The translations under genes were made by a program, and so were the position numbers. A stretch of 50,013 bases of DNA, counting the filler, from Trypethelium eluteriae (Eukaryota): NCBI GenBank assembly GCA_051942245.1. It is 2 parts of 2 records of this genome, joined end to end, with 100 filler letters (N's around TTAATTAATTAA, not from the genome) between each part and the next. Parts side by side here need not be neighbours in the genome. Positions count along the whole stretch, not along the records: positions 1 to 24,966 come from JAVECL010000386.1; 1 more part is not named here. One strand, written 5' to 3'. Position 1 is the first letter of the stretch. Every line of letters begins with the position of its first letter. The notes under the pieces are model-generated. The model worked only from the letters and a program-made list of their open reading frames with translations. It was not told the DNA's origin and ran no database searches. Positions 13,019-23,609 of this stretch are shown here, piece by piece.

Positions 13019-14978
13019 TCAGTGTAAAAAAGCCAGGCCGATGCCCGCGAAGACCCTGTCCGTATCAATGATCTTGCGTTTGTTCGATCCATCAATATTG
13101 AAGCGGTACACAGCGCCGCCGAGGTCCGCGATATAGATGTGGTGATTCACCGTATCGATCCTGAGACCAATGGCCTCATGGAAATGCCTAGCGAGCGTGA
13201 TGGCCCTCTTGTCCCCGTCCGGTCCAACAGCCGCCTTGCTGAGGGTGTTTCCGAGCGGATACTCTCCACGGTCCGTCCAATAGAGAGTCTGAGATTCCGT
13301 GTCCATATCGAGGTCGATGGGCTCGGGCAACCTTTCAAAAAGGACCTCGACGTCGGACCGCGAGCTTGCAGTCTCCCCCTTGGGAATCTCGATACCAGCA
13401 CGGAAGATACGACCCTGGTTCGCTTTGGAGGGACCTTTCTGAGTCCAGTATACCCTGCCATGTTTGGGATCAACAGTTATACCCACACACCATTTGGTTT
13501 GGTCCGTGAATCCGTCCTTCTCCCAGTCTCCAGTCTGGACAATGACCTCGTGAGCACTACCATCGAAATTGCAGCGGTGGACTCGCTGACCTTCGCGGTC
13601 ACCTATCGGAATGGCGTATCAGAACTATTAGCGCAGAGTATTTCGTGGCGATTGACTCACTGAAGTAAAGCTTCGAGTTTTCATGATCGATCACGAGCTG
13701 TTTCGGGGTATTGGCTTTGCCCTCCGAAAGAACCGTTTTGACATCGCTTCCGTCAAGGTTTGCAGACAGCACACTGCCATCAGGTTTGCCGAAATTGCCC
13801 ATGGACGTCCAGAAGATGCGACCGGCAGCGATCGAGATGTCTATTCCATCCGGGGTCATCACACTATCGATGAGTGTCTTAACATTAGTACCATCCGCCG
13901 CCGCCGTTAGAATCTTCCCATTTGTGAGTCCCTTGCTTAGATCCCAATCCGCTCCGACGCCGAGATCCAGAAAGTATAGTATTGGCGCAGCCAGATTGTC
14001 ATGGTGGCCAGCCTCTGCTTGAGAGGACTTCGTAGTGTCACCAGGAGGATAAAGTCCTCCCTTTCCGCTTTTCGCACCAAGCTTGCCTTGATCGACGTAA
14101 TTCTTACGAAGCCAATCAACCGTGAGTGCGGACTCAAGATGCCGCTCTTCAACGTAGTTATCTTCAATGAAAGCGACCGTATCGAGTCCTTTGTTTTAGG
14201 TCAGTCGTATTTTCTGGATCCCAGGTATCTAGTGCCAATGTAACGTACCGACAGCATCCATCATCGCGCAGGGCCCTGAAGGATTATTGCCAAACATGCG
14301 GACAAAGAGCGTATCAATCTCCGCGGGAGTACTCACTCCTTCGGCGAGGATCATCATAACTTCACGCTTGATAGCTGCCCACAAGCGGTTCAAGATGAGG
14401 CCCGTAGACTCTTTACGAGCAACGACTGGCTGCATTCCCGCATCAGTAAGGGCGTCGTTCATAAATTGGATAATCTGCTTGTCGGTTTGACCATCTGTCA
14501 TGATTTCGACTGTAGTAGCTCCAGGTGGCATCTGATAATGGACGTTGCAAATACGCGCTCGGTTTTCCGGGTTGACCTTCTCCAGCATCTTGCTCGTTTT
14601 GAACGACGAAGAGTTCGAGGCGATAATACACTGGGGACTAACAAGCTTGTCAAGCTCCCCCATGATATCAATCTTCATCTGAAGCTTCTCTGGGACAGCT
14701 TCGAGCACGAACCACGCGTCCTTGACGGCAGCGCCGAGATCAGTAAAGGCCTTCAAGTTTCCAGGATTGCGCTTTCCGCCAGTAAGGTGCTCATAGTCTT
14801 TGAGGTTGCTTTGAATGTAGACAGCTGCGGCGTTCAGCTGCGTATCCAAGGGGTCACGAAGATTGACATCGTAGCCAGCGGCGATCCAGCACGCAGTAAT
14901 CCTTCGACCCAGGACACCTGCTCCAAGAACTGCCAATGGCTGCTTCGAGGTGTCAGGACGAGCCCATGTCGGCGCCAT
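13019..14978 (-). CDS. 3-hydroxyacyl-CoA dehydrogenase fused to a C-terminal six-bladed YWTD (LDL-receptor class B-like) beta-propeller
   Basis: 'VLGAGVLG', 'EAVPEKLQMK', 'ASNSSSF', 'NVHYQMPP', 'NRLWAAIKRE'. Intron 14248-14189 gives 'DAVGLDTVAFIE'. The frame then runs into blades LYFLD, IFWTS, LYFSD (across a second intron ~13660-13602), VYWTQ, LYWTD, IYIAD. Confidence 0.9.
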
Positions 14979-15619
14979 GGCTTGCAGTGCTGTTGCTAGA
15001 ATGCGTAACGAAATCGAGATCGAGTGGAAATCGAAATGAGAGACACAAGACAAGGGCGTTCCGCTTCCTGTCTCTAGCTAATTTGTGCTCGATTTATATC
15101 TCCAATGTACACGTTACCGGTGAGCTGATTCCAAAATCTACTTTTAATGACCAAGCCAGCTCGTACAAGCCAGATCCTCGAGACACCAAAGCGGAGTGAG
15201 TGGAACGCAGTTCTTATTGGCTTGGTTGGTGAAGCGCGACAACGGCGCAGACGCGAGCACATAGTTGCAGGTTCTTCTGGGGTCTGCTCGAGTCCAAACT
15301 GCCGGATGACGAGATCTCCGCCCAGAGATAGTAGGGAAAGTTGATTGTTGACGTCTGCGTACCATTGTTTAACGTCGGCTGGGTGCTTCCCAAAGGGGAA
15401 TTCTGGCCCCTTTTGGTTAGCGTGAACCCCACCAGCCAATCGCGTCCTCCTTTTACCATCAGGTACCTGCTCGATAGCAAGAGAAGCGTGAGGATTGATA
15501 AGGCGGAGAAATCATGACAAAGCGCGTATACGGCGCTCATGGCATCAGGCGTGGAGCATAAGAACGAGGAGTCGAGCCATACCATGACCTGAAGATTGAG
15601 ATAAGACGGACAAGCGAAA

Positions 15620-16682
15620 ATGGCGGCAAAAATCAAGACAATTGGTGTAGTCGGCACAGGAGTCATTGGTACGAGCTGGGTGGGCTTGTTCCTCGCAAGA
15701 GGCTCCCGTGTACTTGTTGCAGATCCAGGCCCCAATGTGGAGCAGAAAGTGTCGGATCACCTACGGGGCATGTGGCCATTGCTTGAGAGACAAGGGCTTG
15801 CTCCGGGAGCGTCCATATCGAATTGGGAGTTCGTTGGCAACAGTCTCGCTGGTCGCTATCATGAGGTGGACTTCGTGCAGGAGGTAGGCGATGCGCTTCG
15901 ATCAACCCGCACGATCAAGGCACTGACGCGGACAGAATGGACCAGAGCGAGTGGACATCAAAAGCCGGATCATAGCGGAAATCGACGAAGGGACCCGTCC
16001 AGAAGTCGTCATTGCGTCCTCTTCCTCCGGCCTTCCGTCGTCTCAGTTCATCAAGGACTGCAAGAAGAATCCAACCCGTGTACTCATCGCCCATCCGTAT
16101 AACCCGCCGCACATCATGCCGCTGGTTGAGGTTGTCCCCAATCCTACAACATCAAAGGAGGCCACAGATACGGCAATGGCCTTCTTCACGGCTTTGAGCA
16201 AGGCTCCCATTCTCCTTCGCCACGAGGTCCGTGGGTTTGTCGCGAATAGGCTGCAAGCAGCGATCAGTCATGAGGCATTCAGCCTGGTCAAGAGGGGCAT
16301 TGTCACTGCCAAAGAAATCGGTAAGTTGCCGGCGACGGTGTAAACTTTGGACAAAGGCTGACGAGTTCAAGATACGTGCATGATGAACAGCCTTGGCCCG
16401 AGCTGGTCTTTCACAGGCCCATTCATGAAGGACGTCCTGGGTGGGGGCGCTAACGCGGGCGGCTTCCGCCATCTGATGGAACATGTTGGAGTGACAATGC
16501 AAGACTGGTTAAAGGACATGGCAGCACACTCCTATGAGTACACCGACGAGAACCTCAATGTCTTAGATAGCAGTGTACAGGAGATGCTCGCAGGAGTGGA
16601 CATCGAGCGGTTGGAGGAAGAGCGCAACAATCTCATGATCGAGGTGTTCAAGGCCAAAGCATCTGCGAAAGCATTGATCTAA
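15620..16682 (+). CDS. 3-hydroxyacyl-CoA dehydrogenase family protein (lambda-crystallin/L-gulonate or L-carnitine dehydrogenase-like)
   Basis: 'VVGTGVIG', 'FVQE|NGPER', 'ASSSSG', 'AHPYNPPHIMPLVEV', 'GFVANRLQAA', 'SLGPSWSFTGPF'. Two short introns (~15884-15934 and ~16322-16371). Confidence 0.92.
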
Positions 16683-17424
16683 TGGGTGACTCGGAATCCA
16701 TATCTCCTGCAAAGAAGAGCTGCTGTAGTGAAGCAGGGCGCTCCGGGCAGAGTGACGGTCTAGTGTACCTCAAGACGACCAGACAGAAGGGCAGTCAGCA
16801 TGTTGCAGGGGTTTTTCGTAGTTCACGGTCGAGTACTGTATCGTAACTCTAAACGCATGCGTCAGCAGCCAGGTACAATCTAGTCGTAGTCATGGAGTAC
16901 GGCCCGACAACCACTGACGCCGTGTCAAGCCTACCTAAGGTACGGTATAAATTACCTGCCATATGTATATCATGTGAGCCCGGGGCTGATCCACTGAGCA
17001 GACCAGTATAGAGGCATAAAGCTCACAAGAAGTATCAGCACTATCAGAAAGGAGATTGGTTCCGAAATGGAGCGCACTCTAATCTGATGGGTTGATGAGT
17101 TGTAGGCAATGGAACAGAGGTGCCGGCTTGTTCTTTACGAAGCCGAGGCAGGGTTCGCCGACAAGGCTGACCTAATTCTAGGGTACGATACCGCGTTTAT
17201 CTTATCGTATCGTGTCGTAATACTACCACAAGTCCACGGCTTCACAATGCAACGCCTTTTTAGATATGTGCCTGACTCAGTAGCATGACTCGTGTCGGCT
17301 TCTGAAGCCGGACGGAAAGCACGGGCGTTTTAGTTTAGTGGATGGATAAGCAATGCGGTTCTCGCTGCCACACGACCGCTGACTGAAGCTTCAAATTGCT
17401 GCTTCTTCAAAACTTCTAGGTCTG

Positions 17425-20400
17425 ATGAATTCACAAGCCGGCATCGGAGCACCTCAAAGCTCTGCCTGTCGTGCTTGTAGAGCGCGAAAACTACGATGTG
17501 ACAAAGTGGGTCGTCGACATCCAGCCGTCAGAATACCTTGGATTGACATTTCGCCAGAGCAGACCGTCCTGCGACCGTTGTCGGAAGGCTTCAAGGACGG
17601 CATGTTTGCAACAAGCACATGCTATGAGCTACTGCTGAGAATCTGCAGTGCTCCTATGAGGTGGAGGGACGGCAGAAGAAAGCAGAATATACCTTCATTG
17701 GCGCGTGTGCCACATTGTCCGATTTAAAGACGAGTCGCTCATGAGTTTGCTGCGACAGACGCGACCCCACGTTCTGCTGCTCGTCCAAGTCGAAAGTTCG
17801 CCGAGCAACCAGAGGCTTCTTCATCGCAAGCATCAGCGCAAGCGATGGTAGAGGTTCCCGCATCCAAGCTAGCAGAAATCGAAGCCAGGCTCGAGGCTCT
17901 GACTGCCGCGATCCACTCCACAAGTAAGCATGCTCACTTGTATCGTGCTTCAGTCCAGGGTCTTTAGGACGTCAAGGTTGGCGAAGTGCTGTGTCGAAGC
18001 CTCAGTCGATCCCGTCGGACACTTACTGTCGCCCCGAACTTCCATCAAGAGTTCAAGTACTGAGCTCTTGTCAGAGACTGGCCGTTCGGTCGCTGCAAAC
18101 GAAGTCGCCATCGAAACAGACGACGCAATCACCGATCATCTGCAAATTGGCCGTCTCAGCCTACGAGAAAACGATTATTCCCGCTTCATAAATGGGGCTT
18201 ACTGGGCGAACATATGCAATGAGGTGAGGCATCGCCTTTTGATCGAAGGTTCCAAGGGCTGATCGGTAAGGCAATGGCCGTTGACGAACTTCTGCGGGCT
18301 CAATCTCAATCTCAACCTGCCAGCACGACTGCGTCCGAGGAAACAATAGCGCAAAGTCCTGTAGCCAGTGACGCAGTGCACATCTCTCAGCCAATCATTT
18401 TATCCTCGACAGCGGATGACACAAAATACCTCGGTGACATCTTCTCCAGCTGGGACGGCGCGATTGCATCGTCACGTTTCTCTAGCCGCGATACAACGCT
18501 CGTAGCAGACCTCATAGCCGGCCTGCCATCCAAGGAGTTGTGCGACCACTTGTTTGACTCGTACATTCGGTGGCATTACCCTATAGCTCCGATAGTCCAT
18601 ATTCCTTCGTTACAAAGTGATTATGATATATTCTGGGCCGCAGCAGCCGAGACTGGACACCCTAGACCAGCGACCGTCGCACCACTGATCCCAGCGATCC
18701 TCTTTGCCGGCGCAGTTTCTTTGGATGAGTCTGAAATTGCGACCCTCTTCGGCTGCTCGAAAAGTAGCCTTCTCTCGAAGCTACATCGCTGTGCCACGAT
18801 GGCCCTGCGCTCTTCGGGCTTTCCAAGGACTCCGACGATAGAATCGTTTACCGCATACCTCACGATAGAATGCACCAATGCGAGGGGTACTTTTATTGCA
18901 TCGTTCTTTCACATCCACCATGAAATGCTGACGAATGACAGAAGAGCAGCCGTTATCTTGCTGGTACAGTTACCTTGCAGGCATGTGAACAAAATAAGTG
19001 GAACAGCCCAATCTTAGTTCCCGTAGCTGAGGGATTCTCCGCTCGGTTTTAAAGAGATAATTGACTACACGACAAACAAAATAGCTTGGACTGTTATGGT
19101 GGATAGATTAGTGATATCATTCTAATTGCGGACCTATGGCTGCTAGTAGCTGCGGGAGGGTTGATGAAACACGTGGTTGTGGTGTTCCACTTGTTTTGTC
19201 CATATGCCTGCTTGTCCGAGATTTGACCATGTTCGGCCGTGCTGACTATAGAGCAGCGCGTTCGTCGGTACTGCACTTCGTATAGCACAGATGCTCGGAT
19301 GCGACCAGGAGCCGTCCCAGTACGCTTTGCTTTCGTCGGTGGCTAAGGAAATCAGACGGCGGATTGGTTGGCAGATATACTATCTCGACCTGTTGGTCGC
19401 CGTGGCTGCTGGTCTACCACCGCTGAAGGACACAAAGAGCTGGGGTTTATGTCCGCTTGGCGAGCTGAGGGATGAACTAATCGGTACTTCCACAGGCATT
19501 GCGTACGAGAACGCGGTCCACCGCGGGGAGCAAGAGCCCGATCATGCAGGCCTGGAGGGATCTCTCGTTTCCGCACCCGCAATCTTCGCTTCCGCCAAAT
19601 ATCATCAATCGGGTAAGGGGTCTCTTATTTGCTACAATTCTAGTCGCTAACTTATCCGAGTGGTGACCCAAAGCATACTGGAGCGGATGTACGGGAGAAG
19701 CCCGCTCACCGGCAAAGTCCTTTCAGACATCTTGAATGATCTCGAAACGTTGAGATTCGCTCTGTCTTCAAGTATCCGTCGGCTCCCGCAGTATGATGTT
19801 GTGGACGCTCTCAATTCTGATGCTGTCTTCGCCCAGTGGGCCTCTCTACTGCTGTCAGCGCTGATCGACAGGAACTGGACGTACCTCTACTACCCGCTAT
19901 CACATGCAACCGACAAACGAAAATGGCAGGAAACGCTCGATAGGTTTCTTCAATCTGGACCGCCTAAATAGTGCTCTGGGCTGATGATGTTTAGGATCCT
20001 CAATCATAGCCGCAGCTACCTAGAAAGGATCACCGCACTGACTTGTTTTGACGAGTTTGCGCCTTTGCAGTGGGCCTGGCCAGGGTATGTATATCAATTG
20101 GATCCACCAGGGGGTGTCAAAAGAAAAGTCAGAATCTGTGTATCCACGGAATGAATGACTAGCCAGATCAAAGCAGTCCTCAACCAAAATTGAGGTCAAA
20201 CTTTCATCCAATTGGCATAGTCAGTGAAATGTCTACAATTTTTATGAGAGAGCCCCCACTTTTATTTTAGAGGATTTGTTTTCATGCACGAACCATGACA
20301 TTTCTTCCCTGACCCCCTGGTGGAGCCTTTGTGCAACGGTCTCATTCAGGTACTTGCCCTCTGAGTTTTTTCTAATGGTGTCACAGCATCCACCAACCGT

Positions 20401-20837
20401 TGCAAGCCATCATGGTCCTTCTGCACCATATCAAACAACAGCCCAACTCTCAACATACTGAAGCGAATATAAGTGCCATCGACGAAGCCCTGTCCCTTTG
20501 CGATCGAGAAGGCGGGATGATTGGTGGAAGAGACGGTCCATTGAATCGTCGTCCATTGAAAGAGGGCGGTCAGGAGGCCTGGTATCTCATATGGAACCTG
20601 AGGACACAAGCGTGGCAGAGGGCCGGCTACAATCCCGAACAGCTCTTAACAAGGGCCGAAACCGTAGAACGAGTCCGACGGCGATTTGCTAATCTGGGAT
20701 TTGCAACCTCGATTACAGAAGCAGATGGTTTCCAGCTTCCAGATCACTTCGACTCTATGTTCGATGACGAATTAAGAACGGGGTCAGACCCTTTCATGTC
20801 TCTGGACCCAAATATAGACTGGCTACAATGGAATTGA
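17425..20837 (+). CDS. Zn(II)2Cys6 transcription factor with fungal-specific middle homology domain
   Basis: 'CRACRARKLRCDK|SRPSCDRCRKASRT|CSY' binuclear cluster, coiled coil 'LAEIEARLEAL', 'LPSKELCDHLF', 'EEQPLSC|CAFVGTALRIAQMLG', 'EIRRRIGWQI', 'QWAWPG|IHQPLQA'. About nine introns, two of them ~300 bp. 5' splice assignments are approximate. Confidence 0.88.
18977..19211. mobile_element. MITE-like inverted-repeat element inside TF intron 18964-19256
   Basis: GCAGGCATGTGAACAAAATAAGTGGAACA (18977-19005) matches the reverse complement of 19183-19211 at 26 of 29 positions. Confidence 0.7.
20100..20327. mobile_element. MITE-like inverted-repeat element inside TF intron 20085-20386
   Basis: GGATCCACCAGGGGGTGTCAAAAGAAAAGTCA at the left end versus TGACATTTCTTCCCTGACCCCCTGGTGGAGCC at the right end. 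The core TCCACCAGGGGGT is perfectly inverted. Confidence 0.7.
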
Positions 20838-20997
20838 TGCAGAACACCTCGAAGACTCAGATATAACACGGACCAGTAGAATGCGTATACTCGATTTACG
20901 CCGCGAGCATCGACGCGAACAGACTTGGCTGCTTCTCAGGTGACTCCTGCTCGCGATCTTTGTAATCGTGTTGTCGTGTCAGCGCCCCTGGCCCGAG

Positions 20998-21112
20998 CAG
21001 TGATGTGAAAATTAGGAAGGTAGTAATAGTAATAGTAAGGTAGTAATTACTTTTACTTTTGACGATTACTATTACTATTTCTATTTCTACCTTACTATTT
21101 CTTACATCACTA
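20998..21112. mobile_element. Small hairpin element with (C/T)AGTGATGT termini and TAGTAA subrepeats (hAT-type MITE-like)
   Basis: CAGTGATGTGAAAATTAGGAAGGTAGTAATAGTAATAGTAA ... TTACTATTACTATTTCTATTTCTACCTTACTATTTCTTACATCACTA. Confidence 0.65.
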
Positions 21113-21229
21113 GGTTCATGAGGAAAGCGCAGACGAGACTATATACGGTATGCGATAGTACAAATTGAGTGACGACCAAGAACCCCAATGCTACTGCTTT
21201 TCAACAGTCCATACCCGGTGAGCTGAGTA

Positions 21230-21363
21230 CCTTACCGCGGAGGGGGTTTCCTCAGTTTAACTGTTATGATCATGTTATTAACATGGGCCAACATGGTCAT
21301 AACAGTAAAGTTGAAATAACGTTGTATTAATTACAATTTGAAGTACCCCCCTCCGCGGTAAGG
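21230..21363. mobile_element. Hairpin MITE with TA target duplication (family A, copy 2, internally deleted)
   Basis: TA-CCTTACCGCGGAGGGGG ... CCCCCTCCGCGGTAAGG-TA. The interior (ACTGTTATG..CATGTT..TTAACATGG.CCAACA.GGTCAT.ACAG.AAAGT..AAATAA..TTGTATTAATTAC) aligns with 4168-4348. Confidence 0.85.
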
Positions 21364-21791
21364 TACGAACGCCCAAAACCTAGCCTAGTGGAGACCCATA
21401 CATAATCGAAGTTCAAGTGCCGTGATTGTTCTAGTAGTACAACGATTTCTCATTGTGTGTGCATCGAGAGGCTGTGATCAGTGACGGCCCGACCGGCGAT
21501 CAGAATGACGACCTTGCAATTCATATCGGCTGTGCTTTAGGTTTGGCAGGCACAGCAGGAAAGACGGAGACTCTACGTTCGCACTGTTCGAGAAAATTCT
21601 TTGACTCAAGAATTTTGATTCTAGGCTCTCCTTTCCCTGCCAAGTTGGCGAGGAGTGGTACTTCTCAAGCCTTATCGAAGTGCATTCGTAAGCTCTCAAT
21701 ACATCTGTCGTTCAGATAATCAATTACTTCAGAATTGGGACGTCGTCGAGCGTCGTACCACCATGCCCCAGAGGACGGACGCCCAGCTTCA

Positions 21792-23609
21792 TTACTCTTT
21801 CGAAGGCATGAGCTGATTTACCCACCCCTCCACCTCCTCGACAGCCTTGACAGGATCCTTCCTTCTCGTCAACAAGAACCCCTGGATCTCCGCCGGCGTA
21901 AACCGCTTATCCGGCACCTGTTCCGCGAACCGCCTCGCCAGCCCCCTCAACTCCTCCTTAGCCAGCTCCGCCTCCACTGCCACCCCGTCCTTATGGTCTT
22001 CCTCCCCCTTCGGAAACCCGCCCGCAGGACTCTTCGGGCTCCCCGGCCTCGACGCGCCCCCCACCGCATACTCATCCGCCCCATCGAACATCCGCTCAAA
22101 CAGCTCCCGCGCCTGCTCCCGCCCAGCGTGCCCGAATTCGACCTTCATGTCCACTCGCCCGGGACGCACGAGCGCGGGATCTAGCTTCTCGGGGAAGTTG
22201 GATGTCATGACGAGCACGCGGCCTTCGTGCGACGCGACGCCGTCGATGACGTTGAGGAGGCCGGACAGAGAAATTCCCTGCTTTAGGGGGTCATTGAAGC
22301 CGAGGACGGGGCCCGACTGCCGCTGGCGTTGCGAGGAGGCGCGGAGGGCGCGGGTGAGGTCGGTCATGGCAGTGATGCTTGCATTACCGGGGGCCTCTTC
22401 GGTGGCAGAGGGGTCAGGAACGCCGTTTGGAAGGGGATTCCCATTCTCATCGGTCGTTGATTTCTTTTGGTGGGTAGGTGCAGCTTCTTCCTCGAGAAGT
22501 GCTTCGGTTTTGTTGCGAACAAGTCCAGCTGTGTCCACATCTTCCAGGAGTACGATACAGCGACGGGGGAGGTTGTTGAAGAGCAGATTGAGGTCTGCTT
22601 CAGTCAGTGTGGGTTCAAGGAGGGAGATGACATAGATCTCCAGCCCAAAGACGCCGGCCAGAGCAAAGCTTAGACTCGTCTTGCCGGTTCCTGGTGGCCC
22701 GTGAAAGAGATATCCTCGTCGATATGGAATCCCACGACTGGCGTACCAGCGTGGAGCGAGCGGGTGCAAATATTCGTTGATGTCAGCAATGATTGCGTCC
22801 TTTTGACCAGAGTCTAGCACGACTGTGCTCATTGGTCTGGACGGACGAGACGAGGCTTTGGCCCAACCGTGTCGACGCATTTCTCTTAAGGCAGGTCTTC
22901 GAATCACAGTCATGGCGCTCTCCTTCTCCAAAGACCATGTTTTGATGTGCTCCAGCAGTTGTCTTGCTGGCTTTGTGGAGCGGCCCAGGCATTTGATCTC
23001 TAGTAGCTCCTCTTCATTGGCTCGAATGTTCGATCCTGAAATCGTAGCATTGGAGTGCCGGGAACGATCAAAAAAGAATAATCGTCCGTTATACCGAAAA
23101 TAATGCATACCGTAGTATGGCTCATACCGAGGTGGAACGTTAGCAGCCCATTTACCAAAATTGAAGAGACCTCCGGGTCCCATAGCCATGTTTACTACGT
23201 CTTCGTCGAGATTAGCTTCTTCCCAAGAATTGCTCCTTTGCGTGACTGCTTTGACTGATTTGGCTCGCTGGGACATTCGCTGAGCAGCGATCCATTCCAT
23301 GCAAGTCTCGTGAAGGTCGTCATCTTCGTTCACGAAGACAGAAGCCATGAAGGCTTTGGCCAAAAACGCGCCTGCCCATCTCCAAAGATACCTAGAGGCA
23401 GTGACGATAGCAAAAGCGGGGATTGCAATAGACACTAAGTTGCTGATATCGAATCCCAGAACCTGAAGGAGGAAACGTGATATTATAGCATAACCAGGAA
23501 AGATTGCTTCGAGAATGGAGGTCGGTAGATTATGTAGGTCGAGTGGTTCTGTCGCGTTGCTCACATCATATACATTACGCGTAGCACTTCGCAAGTGCCT
23601 AAAGTCCAT
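21792..23609 (-). CDS. BCS1-like AAA+ ATPase (expanded fungal paralogue type)
   Basis: Intronless 605-aa ORF with N-terminal hydrophobic segment, 'RPMSTVVLD', 'WYASRGIPYRRGYLFHGPPGTGKTS', Walker B 'IVLLEDVD', 'SLSGLLNVIDG', 'LDPALVRPGRVD', 'FTPAEIQGFLL'. Confidence 0.93.
   Translation of the reverse strand: MDFRHLRSATRNVYDVSNATEPLDLHNLPTSILEAIFPGYAIISRFLLQVLGFDISNLVSIAIPAFAIVTASRYLWRWAGAFLAKAFMASVFVNEDDDLHETCMEWIAAQRMSQRAKSVKAVTQRSNSWEEANLDEDVVNMAMGPGGLFNFGKWAANVPPRYEPYYGMHYFRYNGRLFFFDRSRHSNATISGSNIRANEEELLEIKCLGRSTKPARQLLEHIKTWSLEKESAMTVIRRPALREMRRHGWAKASSRPSRPMSTVVLDSGQKDAIIADINEYLHPLAPRWYASRGIPYRRGYLFHGPPGTGKTSLSFALAGVFGLEIYVISLLEPTLTEADLNLLFNNLPRRCIVLLEDVDTAGLVRNKTEALLEEEAAPTHQKKSTTDENGNPLPNGVPDPSATEEAPGNASITAMTDLTRALRASSQRQRQSGPVLGFNDPLKQGISLSGLLNVIDGVASHEGRVLVMTSNFPEKLDPALVRPGRVDMKVEFGHAGREQARELFERMFDGADEYAVGGASRPGSPKSPAGGFPKGEEDHKDGVAVEAELAKEELRGLARRFAEQVPDKRFTPAEIQGFLLTRRKDPVKAVEEVEGWVNQLMPSKE

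Noticed and set aside
21735..22673. Long plus-strand ORFs opposite the BCS1-like gene, and similar antisense ORFs opposite the NLR, dehydrogenases and SDR
   Set aside because: Shadow ORFs of GC-rich coding sequence with no recognisable motifs.
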